64,000 bases of DNA from assembly GCF_009834535.1 (NCBI RefSeq), contig NC_045696.1, positions 26,724,001 to 26,788,000 of the forward strand. The letters are read 5' to 3'. The translations under genes were made by a program, and so were the position numbers. Positions 39,774-53,103 of the stretch are shown here, piece by piece. The DNA is from Camelus ferus. Taxonomy: Eukaryota. The notes under the pieces are model-generated. The model worked only from the letters and a program-made list of their open reading frames with translations, was not told the DNA's origin and searched no databases. Numbering within the stretch: the first letter of the stretch is position 1; each line of letters begins with the position of its first letter.

Positions 39774-40237
39774 TGTCGATGAAAGATTGATCAGTCAATC
39801 TAAGAAGTCAGTGGAAAATTATATTCAAGCCAAATTGAGAGTTATAACCCAGGAACAGTCTTGCAGAAGGCTCTGAGAACTATTCCGCCCATTAGAGGTC
39901 AAAGCACAGTTATGTAAGTTTTTGAGACAGAGGGCTGTATGCTGAATGATGTATTATCAACAGTTTACACAATCCAGGTGTAAGCATACAAAGCAAGTAC
40001 GCGCCACAGGTCATCATGGCCCCTTAAAGATTAAGAAGGAATGTTACCTTTAAGGAGTTGTCTTGCTGATGCTAAGAGAATGTTGCTCTTTATGGTTAAG
40101 CAGGTATTTTGCTGATGGGGAGGTTTGGTCAATACATAATGCAGATACACAATGCACAGTAGAGAGAGGAGGCCAAAGAGAAAATTTTTATATATAAATT
40201 TTCTTGTCTTGCCATAAAATATGAGTTTTTTTTCATA
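39774..40237 (-). mobile_element. ERV1-class solo LTR, same family as 3939-4419
   Basis: Colinear reverse-complement match over the whole length, e.g. aagtttttgagacagagggctgta vs tacagccctctgtctcaaaaactt. Confidence 0.9.
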
Positions 40238-41696
40238 GTATCTTTCTAAATCTTCTTTTCCACTACCACTTAAATGTTGGAGTGTTTCAGAGCATTGTTC
40301 TAGGTTCTCACCTTTTTTTAAGCAGCACACTTTCTTTAGGTGATCTCAACAATCATTCTGATATTTATTAACATCAAATGCCTACAACTCCCAAATTTAG
40401 ATCTCAAATTTCTTTCGGACTTCTATACCCAACTACCAAGTTTCTGACACTTGCGCTGGGAATTCATCAAGCTACCCCCAGATAGCAGTGAGGCTATCAG
40501 TATTTATAGGTTGTAGATAAAGTGTATTATTCTCTCTCCATGATGACATGTGTCAGCAATTTAAACAGAACCCAGAAACTATATATTTTTTATCATTCTA
40601 ATAACAAAATCATATTTGGTTTCTATACGAAATAACAAAAGAAATACTCATAGGAGAAAAATCCATAGAAATTAAACAACCTAGGAATTTACACAGTACT
40701 CAGCCTTGATTAACTCAACGATTTTAAAGGTAGATAATAGCTATTTATCTCTACCATCAGTAAATTTAGTGATTCTAGGTATTAGAATTCAGCACAAAGC
40801 TGTAAGCACAGGTTTGTGTAGAACCTATACTTGCAGTTTAATCTCCCTATAGGCTTACTGTTTTCATCTTTATATTGATAAGAAAAAAAAATTGCTTTTG
40901 TGTAATTGTTCCATATCATTTCTACACAGCATGTATCAATCTAACAGAACTATCAGGTTCACTCCATAAAGCACTCTAAAACCTTGATAGTAACAAGAGT
41001 GATGGGCTGAGAGTAGGACTGAGTCCCTCAGTCTCCATGCACATGGACACATCATCCCTTTCTGCTAGTTGAATTGGGGTTTATAGAGTTTAACAAGACA
41101 CATGGCATAATAATTAAAAATGGAATCTGAAATCAAAAGAACTGTTTTCTCTAGAAGACAGAAAAACCTTGTCCAAATTCTGGAACTGGGGTGATCTGGA
41201 ACTGGGGCTGACTCATTTGCTGCCAACTCTTCTCAACAGCACGATACCATCCCTGGAACCTAGCACGGTAACTAAGAGTGAGTAGGTACTTACAGATACT
41301 GTGAACTAAATGACTAAACTCTGGAAAACTGACTTGCCATCATCACATCACAATTTCTTCATCTTGTAAAAGGGAAAAAGTATCATCAAATTCAAAGAGT
41401 TAATATGACGATCAAAGACCATGTATTTTTTTTCACATTTTTAAACTCTCAAATATTACACCAAATTAGTTGATGTTACTCTTATTGTTATCAAAGAAGC
41501 TAGATTCAACAACTATAAAATTCTAGAGCTGAAAGTTTTGTAACTAGTCATACTTTGTCTTCTGTCCTTCTCAATCCTCCCCTGGTGCATAATGACCCTG
41601 AATAAACTCAGCCATCAGGGGCTGTGTCTTCATCTGCAAACTGACAAAGAAAACTGAACAACTCAGCTGACTAGTGTCCTGCTTTCTGACTCCATT

Positions 41697-41990
41697 TGGT
41701 ATATCAGATAGGATAGGTGAGGCTAGGCTAAAACAATAAATAACCTCAAAAATTTCAGTCGCTTAAAGGGAAGGTGTACTACTTCTTCACACTGCACGTT
41801 CATTGGAGCTGGGCTGGGGGCTCTCCTCCATGTGCCACGTGAGACCCAGCCTATGACCAAGCATCCACTGTCTGGAATAGTTGTTTATTGTTGTGACGGG
41901 AAAAGTGTTCTGGAGGATTTTCCACTGGCAAGCAAACCTTCCTTCCAGCAGTAACACTTGGCTCTTCTGTTAACTCATCAGCTGGAAATA
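41697..41990 (-). mobile_element. Old MaLR LTR fragment (MLT1H/J-like)
   Basis: tatcagataggatagg...ataacctcaaaaatttcagtcgcttaa. Confidence 0.5.
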
Positions 41991-42412
41991 GTGACATAGA
42001 GACAGAAGATGAATGTCAGCCATGGGCTCAGGATTGCGAAGAGCTTGAAACATATGATGAACACTAATGGCTATTATAGCTGGGTCTTCTAACGGTCCCA
42101 GAAATCCTACTCGCCCAAATTTTTTTCTTTCATTTTCCCACAACAGCCATTTCCAACCTTCTCTATATTTTTCAAACTTCCTACAAACCACTCCCGATCT
42201 CTCAAGATGTTTTTCCACCTACCTGGTAGAGAAACGGAAGCTATTAGCCCCTCTTGTGTGGTCAGCTCTGTGAGGACAGGGACGATTAACTGTCTGGTTT
42301 GCAGTCACATCATTTCTGCTTATCACAGTGATAGCACACAATAGTTGTCAAGTAAACATTTATTATTAGATGAATCTTTCCCTATTAATATCAAATCTCT
42401 TCTGTTGACATC

Positions 42413-42870
42413 TGTGGTAGGCTGAAAAATAGCTCCCTAAAAGGTATCCAATGCTCTAAAGCCTGAAACTGTATCGGGGAAAAGAGGTATTTGCAGATGT
42501 GATTAGATTAAAGATCTTGAGTTGGGAAGATTCTTCTGGATTATTTGGCTGGATCTTAAATGCAATTATATCAATTTTTACAATAAAGAGACAAAGGAAA
42601 CTTGACGAACACGGAAGACTAGGTGAAGATGGAGCCAAGCGAGATTTGAAGCTCCTGGCCTTGAAGATTAGAGTGTTGTGGCTACAAGCCCAGAAGTGCC
42701 AGCAGCCCCCAGAATCTGGAATAGGCAAGGGATGGACTTTCTGGAGCCTCCAGAGGGCACATGCTCCTCCAACTCCGAGGTTTCAGTCCAGTGATACTTT
42801 GGCCTCCAGAACTGTGAGAGAATAAACACCACTAAGTTTGTGGTAATTTATTACAGGAAACTAACATGCA
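42413..42870 (+). mobile_element. MaLR solo LTR (MLT1C/D-like)
   Basis: tgtggtaggctgaaaaatagctccc; tttgcagatgtgatta; tggcctccagaactgtgagagaataaa; ggaaactaaca. Confidence 0.9.
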
Positions 42871-45800
42871 CCAGATTTACCTAGAATTTTCTAGAATGTA
42901 TGCCTTGGGCAAAATATGCCTATATTTGAAAATGCTTAATAATACTACAGAAATTTTTTTAAAAATTAGTTGTGAGTCTTATCAATATATGTTCGCTATG
43001 TTTTGAGAAGTTACAGTACTTTCAATATTGTTTTACTTCCTTAAAATGAACTGATTTATAAACTTTAGGGTGGAGATTTCAAAATATAAAATACACGTGC
43101 GCACACACCCACACACACATATATATAAATACCCTCTGTGTGCATGAAGTTGACTGTCTCTCATATTTGGACGATTTAAAATATATTCATTATAATTGCT
43201 GTGGTTTGTGGAGGTAAAATTGTATATGGTTAAATTTCAGTAGTTGTGGTAGCATTGAGGTTTACCAAAATTATGTGTTTGTTATTGGGCTTCCTGCCAT
43301 GTCTCTGTTCTTTTCTTCTCTTTTTACATGTTAATAATGTTCTCTACTTATTTTGCTTCTGCATCAGTTCCTAATTTACTTTTCTTCAAAACACCCCAAA
43401 ATCTAATAGCCCTTACTTACATGTACTGGCATTGCTACAATAAAATAGAAATCCAATCCTCTGCAAAATGTAAGGAAACAAATATAACTCTAGAGAAATC
43501 TTTTAGTTATTCTTCTGAACTCCGGCTACAAGTATAGAACATTTTTTTTCAGATATGAAAGCAAATGAGTTTTTCACATTAAAATGATAGAGTACATGCA
43601 GAGTCTCATGTAAGCTAAAATACCTAAGTACAATTTAAAAGAGTGTTGAAAAGGGGCTATTGGAGGAAATTAAAACTCCTTCTTACACATCTTCATACTT
43701 GCTTAGATACTTGGGCCCTGATTTTTAAACTCTCAAGGCATCTATCCCTAAAATATTCTATAGCATAAAGTAATACTTACCTCCTAGAAAAATTACGTAG
43801 TTTATAATCCTAGTGCATGTCTATTTATGCTTTTTTATTACAATAGGATATTATTTTTATAAAATAAAACTCCACCACAATAGATTTCTAAATTTTTTGT
43901 ACTATTGCAATGTCTCTTTGTGATAATTGAGTGTAATTGTAAGCTACTTCACAAAGCAATGAGAAAATAATTTGCCACGTGATACCTTGTTGGTCTGTAA
44001 GAGTTTTATTGCTGCTCTAGGAATGGTCTTGTTTACACTCAGAGTCACTAATGCAGTGGAAGTTGACAGTTGACTCTATTTCTGGCTGGTCCCAAAACCA
44101 GCAGCACAGAAATCATGCTTTTGTTTCTATTTAGACTATGAATCCTTTGCACATTCCAAATATTAATCAGTGTTTATTTCACTTCTGGATCCACCCTTTT
44201 CTTCCCCATCCTGCCCTCTGCAGCCTTCACAGACTGCCTAATGAGACGCAGCTGATGCTGTTTGTTTATTCTTGTTAGGGTATTTTTAACATCAGACTTT
44301 TTCTCTGTTACATTCAGTTTTACCCACTCTCACTGGATCTCAAACTTATTTCCCATTGGCCCCTAAGGGAGTCTCATATACGCACAAAACTTCCTCTGAA
44401 ATGAAAGGAAGCTTCTCCCTTCAGTGGTCTTCCTTATCCCTGATACCAAAGAGAATAGGTTCCCCCAAAACAATGAATATAGGGCTATGTCTTCTTTGTG
44501 TTTGACAGGACCCCCGTCTCCTCATTTCTTCCAGAATGTGAACTGGTGCCAAGCTCCCCACCCTGCTCCTTGGGTGTTCCTTAAATGTTAAAAGAATGGA
44601 TGAATGAAACCCTAATGTGAGACTATAAGTAAAAACACACAAAACTAAAAGTTAAGCACAAGCATTCACATTTTCCAGTTGTATCAAAAGTGGGCTGTTT
44701 CTGATTCAGTACTCAGGCATTTAGGAAGAAAGAAGTAATTACAGATGGAACCAGTAAGTGATCCCAGAAGAGCATCTGACATCAAACAAAAGGGATCTGT
44801 CTCATTCTTACTGGGTCTGCATTTCCCAAGACAGCAAGAACCTGGCTTTATTGGGAAACGTATTTTATTCTCCTGGCATCTTTAATGTGCTAGAAATCAG
44901 CAAAAAGTTGTATTCTAGAAAAGCTACCATGGACCAGGAAAAATAAAAGGTGAGAGCGGGTGGCTTATAAAATAAAACGCTGAAGGACTATTTAGCACAA
45001 ATTGGTAACCTGCTGCTGAGAAGTTTTTTCCACATTTTTGCTATCATAATATTGCAACACTTTTTAAATGTCTATGAAACAACTATTATTAAGAAACAGG
45101 TTCGTGACATCATAAATATTTCAAAACGACTGAGAAAATGAAAGGCTAAAAATAGGAGATATTATAGAAATAAACCAAGAAACAAAGGAAGAAACAAAGC
45201 AACAGAATATTTGCAGATACCAATTGAAGAATGCAGGCTTTATTGCTCCAAACTGAAAAACACCGAAAAGAAAAAAGAACGTCGTTTGTGACATTCATCC
45301 TCATCTTTCAGTGCATACACAGTGAAACCAGTATAATGAAGATAATCAAACACTGGCCATTGTCACAATGAAGAAAGTGATCAGAAAATCAAAATGCTAA
45401 ACTTGTATCACAACAACACTAGTGTAAAAATAAAAAGATGTTTGCCAAAACCACAGGCAGCAAATCTGTCTGTAAAGCAGGGGGCGAAATCTGGACATGG
45501 TGGTGAGTACATGGAACATAGGGAAAAGCATTCTGATTCTAAAATCCTCTTCTCCCAACAGTCTTTCTGGCAGCTCATTTTAGGAAATCTCAGGTGCTTC
45601 TTCCCCACGGTGAATAGCTGAACAGGGTGGTGGATGCATTAATGGGAGAGAACTGTAAAACATGATGACTCTGCCCCTGCCTGTCTGCACTCTTCACTTC
45701 TCAGACTGTCCAAGGCCAAACCAAGAGAAGTTGTGAGTCACTTCCCTGCCCCAACAGATAGGCAAGAGGATGAAAACGCGTATCACCAAAAAGTACGTTT

Positions 45801-46010
45801 CTTTCTGGTTGTAGCAAATCCAGGTAGGAATCTCACTCAGCTGGATTCAGGTTTTCTTCTGGAAACATGCTCATTCCTGCAGCTCTACCACATATATATG
45901 CTCCTCTGTCTTCCCCCAGAGACAATGCCTATCTTTCAGGAGTGATGCCTATTTCTTGTCGCTTTTCAAGGAACTCCTTAACCTGGCACCAGTTTATCTT
46001 TATATATTTA

Positions 46011-46202
46011 TAGTTGACCCTTGAATAACACAGGTTTGAGCTGTGCAAGTCCACTTATACATGGATATTTTCCAATAATAAATACTACAGTACCTCATAG
46101 TCCATGGTTGGTTGAATTCATGAATGCGGAGAAACCACAGACACAGGAGGCCAATGATAAATTAGAGGCAGATTAACCACTGTGTTGTTCAAGGGTCAAC
46201 TG
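46011..46202. mobile_element. Tigger2-type MITE (Tc1/mariner)
   Basis: TIRs agttgacccttgaataacaca / tgtgttgttcaagggtcaact, with flanking TA/TG dinucleotides. Confidence 0.9.
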
Positions 46203-46239
46203 TGTAATATTCCCCTTAATAGCGTTCCTGTCCTGTTAT

Positions 46240-46712
46240 ACCCACTATACACTAGACTGAAGAGCCATTCTCTGTCAGCTCTGAATGTCCTAGCACTACT
46301 CATCCATTAAGACCTTCAACTAGGACTTCCTCCAGGGACATTTTCTATCCTCCGGCTGGCCCTCTGACCATTACCACCACTGAGCTTCCTTAAGATTTAG
46401 CAACTCTAGCCTCTCCCCATCTACGGCATGTACAACTCTGTAAATTAGACCAGAAATACTTATGTTAAGAATTATTTTCCAGGGTAGGGTAAAGCTTAAG
46501 TGGTAGAGCGCATGCTTAGCATACATAAGGTCCTGGGTTCAATCCCCATTACCGCCTCTAAAAAAAGAAAAGTAAACCTAATCATGTTTTCCCCCTAAAA
46601 AAATTTTTAAAAACTATTTTCCTCACTAATTCATAAGCTTCTTAAAAAGAGATCAATGAGTGATTCACTTTTATATGTAATTTATCCAAAAATGAATGAA
46701 TGAATGAATGAG
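46240..46712 (+). mobile_element. L2 3' end with (GAAT)n tail, split by a SINE
   Basis: tactcatccattaagacc...; taagcttcttaa; aatgaatgaatgaatgaatga tail. Confidence 0.55.
46481..46609 (+). mobile_element. tRNA-derived SINE (Vic-1-like), long form
   Basis: aagcttaagtggtagagcgcatgcttagc...gtcctgggttcaatcccc; TSD aattattttcc/aactattttcc. Confidence 0.9.
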
Positions 46713-46894
46713 GACGTGAGGACATGCTTATCATTCCCCTTGCTGTGTGTACAGTGACATTGTACCAGTGCCTCAGTACTAAATACTAGGCCCGTTGAAG
46801 ACACCCCTGCCTTCAGCTTGATTCAGCCATTTGTTTCATTAATGTCTCCATAATGTTGTTCCATCACATTTCATTAGTGGAAGGTCTGATTCCC

Positions 46895-47432
46895 TTTATA
46901 TGTAATTACTTAAAGTTTTGCATGGCCCACAAGGGCCTGCAAGTTCAGCTCCAGATTTACTTGCCCTCCCTCTGCATCTTCTAACAATCTCCCTTTTACT
47001 CTGACTTCTATATTCACTGGCTTTTTTTTCCCCCCTCAGATTTAAAAAACAGCCCTTGAAAATGCTATTCTTTCTTCCTGAAAAACACCCCCCCACTTCG
47101 ATTTCTTGTTTTTCATCTATTTAACTCTCACTAACCTTCAGATATCAATTATCACTACCTCAGGAAAGCCTTCCTCGACCCCTTAATTTCAGTTCCTTTT
47201 CAAATACACTTTTATAGAATTGTACTCCCTTCCTTCAGAGTACTTTCAATATTCAGTAGTTACATATTACATACAGTCAGTATCATTATTTGCTGAAAGT
47301 CTGACATCCAGCTATATACTGTAAGTCCCATGACAACAAGGACTATTTCTGGTTTTTGCTTGCCTATTCTACCTCGAGCACCTTGCAGAATACCTAGCAG
47401 ACAATTGACAATAAATATCTGTTGAAAGAAAA
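46895..47432 (+). mobile_element. L2 LINE 3' part
   Basis: cactacctcaggaaagccttcc; ctgtaagtcccatgacaacaagga; caataaatatctgttgaa. Confidence 0.75.
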
Positions 47433-47479
47433 AACGGACACAGGAACACTTTCACCATCGATGTTGGCTGCAGCTCTAG

Positions 47480-47700
47480 GATGGTGCATTTCAGTATCAT
47501 GGGCTTTGGCTTTTCAGACCTAACTAGGTTTGCATTCATGCTCTTCTACGTACCAGCTTCGTTGACTTGAAAAAATCACTTAATTACCCTGACTCCCAGT
47601 TGGCCCAAATGAAAAGTAAGAATGATAACACCTCTTCTCACAGGGTTGATGTATACACAAGGGTGCCTGATATTTATTGAGAATGGTAGATGCCTAATAA
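47480..47700 (+). mobile_element. MIR
   Basis: atgggctttggcttttcagacc...gacttgaaaaaatcacttaatt...aatgataacacct. Confidence 0.6.
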
Positions 47701-48698
47701 AAGCCAACTCCCTGCTCCTTTCCTCAGCAAATTCTGGCCTATATGGCTATGCTTATTTGACTCCATATAGTCAAATATCAAGTTGAAAAGAAGATCTTTA
47801 AGTACACAGAATTCATAGGCAAAGGCCTTGCATTTGTTTGCTTTCATTTATTCAACAGAGAAGTAGGCACGGGTTAGACCAGGAAAAGCTTTGTAGGTGA
47901 TGAGAATGAGTTTTGATTTTTTTTCTGAGCATAATGGGAAAATATTGAAAAATCTTCTTTAGAGATACAAGGAAGCTCTCTGCTGCTACGTTTAGTTATA
48001 CAACCTGGGAAAGGCAATGAGATGCATGGGGCTTTTATGGCACTAGGCTTCTTAGGACAGAGTCACAGAACACAAAATGTGTTACTCAGGCCAACTATTG
48101 CTAAATGAAATCTTTAAGAGTAAAGAACACGAAAATTCAGCTAAAATGATACCACTTGGAAAACTAATTGCAAAGATGTCCTGAAACTTCTCCGAGCAGT
48201 TGGGACAAGGCTAGGTCAGTGGTGTAACAGTTATGTCCAATTCCCAGGCTTCCAAAGCTGGGAAGGCCTACAGATTTTCATAATGATCCCTGATTTTCAA
48301 GGATTCCCTTTCCTTGCTGTCTTCTTTCTTCCTTTTCTACCTGCCAACTGTGCAACTCCAGAACAAGCTTGCAAATGTAGCAAAAATGGCGATTTTAAGC
48401 TATTCAGTGAAGGAAAAGCAGTAACTCAGTCCCAAGAGGCCTGTGTATGGGATTTGAGGAATGCCATGAAAAACTACTTGCCTAAGTTCTCTCCTCTCAG
48501 GTTGACTGAATATATTGCCTGAATAGATTCAATTCTTTGGATAAGAGGTTTTCTCTCCATTCTAACAAAAAAGAAAACAAAAGCAAACAAATTACAACAT
48601 AAGAAAATGACTGAATTGAATTGACTAGAAGCTGCCTAAGTCAATTATCCGATATCAAGTTTTCTCCACCCTCACATGTATCTAAGAAATAAATATAC

Positions 48699-49218
48699 TG
48701 TAGGGGAGGAAAAAGTTTTCCTGGACTCTATTAGGGTTTCTGGCTAGGTCTGAAAAGTAAACTGACAAAGACAGACAGGAGAAAAGCATACAAATTTATT
48801 TAATTTAGGTTTTATGTGACACAGGAGACTTCATGAGGAAATAAAGACCCAAAGAAACAGATCTACGTATGTTTAGGCCAGAATTGATAAAGAGTGAACA
48901 GTGGTGGAAGAATATGATAAGTTAAGGAGTATGAGGTAATTGTAATAAACTAGGGAAGACTTAACAGGGCCTGCTTGTTAGAATTCCTCTTGGCATCCTT
49001 TTGTCTTCAGAAATAAGATTGCTCCTTTCCATTGGATGCAGGCAGGGTACCTCTCACATGAAGGTTTTCTGGCCTCTTTCAGGGAAAAAAGGCAAGGTGA
49101 GGAGGGTAAGTGATAAGCAAGCAGAGTGACTTCTGCCATTTTCTCAGACTCCTTCAGCTTAAAATATCCCATATACCAAGGTACCATATTTTGGGGTAGC
49201 ATGTCCTGAATCCCATAA
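48699..49218 (-). mobile_element. ERV1 solo LTR (MER39/MER34 group)
   Basis: Termini tgtaggggagg and ccatattttggggtagc match the reverse complement of the ends of 38718-39240. TSD ATAC/ATAC. Confidence 0.85.
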
Positions 49219-49222
49219 ATAC

Positions 49223-49832
49223 TGGTTGCTAAAACTAAAAATTAGCAAAATATATATCTGCTAGGCAGTTAGACAGAAATGAGCACTGGGCAAGGGGAGA
49301 GGAAGGGGGAAGGAGCAATCCAGAAGACAACAGTACACCTGCGCTCAGGATAAGGGGCTTCAGAGAGTTTTACTTTCTTTAAATGAGGGCCAGCAAAGAA
49401 GCCTGTTAGAATCCGATGCTGCGGCCACACAGTAGAGAGAAGGACCTGACTTAATGTGGCCCAGTGCTCATTATAATGTAATTAGCATTGCGGTTTGGGT
49501 CTCCTCCCATAGGTTTTTCTGTGTGCATCATGGGTAAGAGCGTGTGCAAAGAAGATGGGCACGCCTGAGCACTCAAGGGATGTGAGCTGTCAATAAATCA
49601 CAAGAACGCCCCTAAGCCAGGATATAAGACAGGAGACACAAAGAAGCGGGGCCATTTTTTTTCCCTCTCTTGGATGGGCCTGCCTTCAGTTCTCAAAGGT
49701 GTACTGTGCTTTACTGACTTTACTCTACTAATAAAATCCTTTGTTTATATCACTCTTCGTATTCCATTTCAATTCTCTTTCTCTGGTAAGACAAAGAATC
49801 CAGGTTTTTTTAAATTCCCTCCTGAGGTAACA
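49223..49832 (+). mobile_element. ERV1-class solo LTR
   Basis: gatataaga at about 49621, aataaa at 49730, ends ggtaaca. Shares ctcattata...attagcat with the LTR at 37671. Confidence 0.75.
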
Positions 49833-51783
49833 TAACTATTACTTATTCTTTAACCATCTCTGAAGTCAACCGAATGAGCCCTCTCTCTGCAAAGACTAAC
49901 ATATTTCCCCAGGCTCAGGTTTGAATAACACTTAGTTTCCTTAAGTTCTCAAACGGGTAGTTCATATTCAAACACTTTTCCCATTGAAATAAAATTAATT
50001 AACTTACAAGAAAATAATAAAGGTACTAAATATGTAAAGTAGAGCTAAGTACCAAACAACGTTCAGGATAATGATTATCTATGAGTATTTGAAGGTGTAA
50101 ACACCACGAAGACTAAAAATCATTTACCATAGAACAGGAGTCTGATAAAATTAAGAGACTAGCATAATATTGACAATATCTGAACAATGAATATGATTTC
50201 ACAGAGTTTAACTACTTTTGGAAATGAAATTGTAAATTTTCCTCCCCTCGTTAAAAGACATGACACAAATGTTCTTTTTGCAGGGACAAAACTTAAGAAA
50301 ACTGAGCTCAGTAAGTATTCATTAATAGTTGCCCATGATTTGGCAACAAATCATTCCTTTCCCCAGGATCAAGGATTCTACTTAGTATTATCATTCTTAA
50401 CAGCTCGTAAATCCTCTTAGAGCCAGGCTTGTGAGGCAAAAGAAGATCACATCAAATAAAACCACCCTGTGCTACGCAGTCATCTCACTGGGAAGGCACT
50501 TGGATACCAATTTTCCAATATGAATGCAGAAGGCTTAGCCACACCAGAAATGTTTGGCTCTTTCCCAATACCATATTTTTGTAAAAATATACTCAGGAAT
50601 GGGACTTGGAACTTCTCCATCTTTGAATACCTAATTTTTAAAAGAGCAATTACATTTCTTATGGCTCTACAATGTCAAAGTACTTAGTAACCTTTGAAAA
50701 TCTTTTACTGTACTTTTTTATAGCAGTTGCACTTTAATTATACCAAAATCCCTCCTGGTGATAACAAATGGTAAAGTCTGAATTTAAAACAAAATCTCAT
50801 TTTGAGTAGTTTTATAAATTAGTGCATCTTACCATTCATCTTATAGACTACACGGCCACAAGGTTATTCCCACAAAATATTAGAGTATCCAAGCATGACC
50901 TGATTTAACTGAGGTCGTCCAGGTGCTCTCTGCCTCCTTTTCTCAAGGATTATAAATTACCTGAAGTAAAAGGTACTTATATTCACCATGTAAGCAACAG
51001 ATGAAGGCACAGAAATTGCTGAATGAAGTTGACTTGTCTTAGAATGCTACAATCTTTGCCCAAAGGGTAAAGACATTATGTGGTTGTCTCTACTCTTGAA
51101 TAAATATGAAAATAAAAATACATTTCTTAAAAGGTTTTTAAAACTCCAATGATACACATATATCTCTTGAGGACCAATAGGGTAAGATTAAGTGTTTACC
51201 AAACCTGTGTGGAAATGAAGGTGAAATGGAAAGTAGAGTTGGTTCCCAGGTTAAGAAACTGCCCTCCCTCAAACCCAAAAAATGGCCTAATTCCCACCAG
51301 AACATTTTCTACAGCTCTGGAATTGTTTCAGTTCAGTCAGTAATGAACAGAAGTAGAGAACCCCAGAAATATTTTAAACAATTTACATTGAAAAAAACTC
51401 AAAGCTTGAAGTGATTTCTTTATATTTTAAAATATGTACAACTGCTTCCTTTATCCATTTTACTTTATATATGCTGATATAGCCTTCAAAAAACTTTTGC
51501 AACCATGAGAAAAGTCTCAGTTCTATTACTCATGATTTTTTTTTTTATCTTGGCTTCAATTGCATAAGGCTGGAGGTTTAAAACAGTGTTCTTAAATAAA
51601 GATGCAAATCTTAAATCTAAGTGTTTATCATTTCCCCTTCTTGCTTCTTTAGAAAATAAATGTGATGTTCATTCCATCGAGAACTTAGCAGGTGTTCTAA
51701 GAAGCCATTTAAAAATAAATTCAATATGCAGCTGTAATCGTTTTGAAGACTGTTAAATGTCAGGTCAGGCAGAAATGTGATTA

Positions 51784-52444
51784 CAGTAGTCCCCTCTTAT
51801 CCACAGAGGATACTTTCCAGGACCCCCAGTAGATGCCTGAAGCCACACAGAAACCTATACATATATTACATTTTTTTCCTATACATACATACCTGTGATA
51901 AAGTTTAATTTATAAATTAGACACACAGTACAAGATTAAAAATAATAACTAATAATGAAATGGGACACTTATAATAATATACTATAATAAAAGTTATGTG
52001 AATGTGGTCCTGTCTCAAAGTATCTTTTTGTACTGTACTTACCTTTCTTGTGATAATGCGAGATGATAAAATGCCTATGTGACAAGATGAAATGAGGTGA
52101 ATAATGTAGGTATTGTGGCCTAACATTAGTGTACTATTGATCTTCTGATGGTTATGTTAGAAAGAGGACCATTTGCTTGGTTTATCCTGAGTCACTGAGC
52201 CAGGACAATGTCAATGGTTGGGTATCAGGAGCAGAGCAGACCAAGTTGATGACCAAGGATCCATGTTAATGGGGGTGGAACAGAACAGAACAGCAGGAGA
52301 TTTCATCACACTACTCAGAATAGCTCAAATTTAAAACTCATGAATTTTTTATTTCTGGAATTTTTCACTTAATATTTTGGACTGTGGTTGACAGTGAGTA
52401 ACTGAAACCGCAGAATGCAACACCATGGATAAGGAATACTACTG
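51784..52444. mobile_element. Tigger7-derived element (MER44-like)
   Basis: TIRs cagtagtcccctcttatcc / ggataaggaatactactg with TA on both sides; gataaagtttaatttataaattag. Confidence 0.9.
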
Positions 52445-52519
52445 TATTTCTGGGTAAATACAGCATTTATCAGGAGCAGTCTCAAGATGAGTTTGATAGA
52501 TGAGTAAAAACCTATCTAA

Positions 52520-53103
52520 TATCTGGAGAGAACTCAAATTAGAAAAGATACATCTACCCCAATGTTCATAGCAGCACTATATACAAGAGTCAACACATGG
52601 CAACAACCTAAATGTCCATTGACAGAGGACTGCATAAAGAAGTTGTGGTATGTTTATATAATGGAATACTACTCAGCCATAAAAAAGAATAGAATAATGC
52701 CATTTGTAGCAACATGGATGGCCCTGGAGAATGTTATTCTGAGTGAAGTCAGTCAGAAAGAGAAAGAAAAATACCATATGATGTCACTCAAATGTGGAAT
52801 CTAAGAAAAAAGAAGACACTAATGAATTCATCTACAAAATATAAACAGACTCACAGACATAGTAAACAATCTTACCAGGGGAAAAGAGGTAGAAAGGGAT
52901 AAATTTGTGAGTTCGAGATTTGCAAATATTAACTACCATATCTAAAAATAGATAAAAAATAAATTTCTTCTGTATAGCACAGGGAACTATATCCAGTATC
53001 TTGTAATAATCTTTAATGAAAAAGAAAATGAAAACAAATATATGTATTACTGTGACATTGTGCTGTACTGACACATTGTAACTGAGTATACGTCAATTAA
53101 AAA
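52520..53103 (+). mobile_element. 5'-truncated lineage-specific L1
   Basis: ORF2 C-terminus, 3' UTR and polyA. TSD aaaaacctatctaa/aaaaactatctaa. Confidence 0.95.
52562..52804 (+). pseudogene. LINE-1 ORF2p C-terminal fragment
   Basis: MFIAALYT..WQQPKCP..IKKLWYVYIMEYYSAIKKN..FVATWMALENVILSEVSQ is the hallmark ORF2p C-terminus. No EN or RT domain upstream. Confidence 0.92.

Noticed and set aside
36608..40237. Intact provirus
   Set aside because: The LTRs belong to different families, and no gag/pol/env or primer-binding site is visible between them.
52562..52804. Functional protein-coding gene
   Set aside because: A 5'-truncated L1 ORF2 tail bounded by TSDs, with no promoter and no EN or RT domain.
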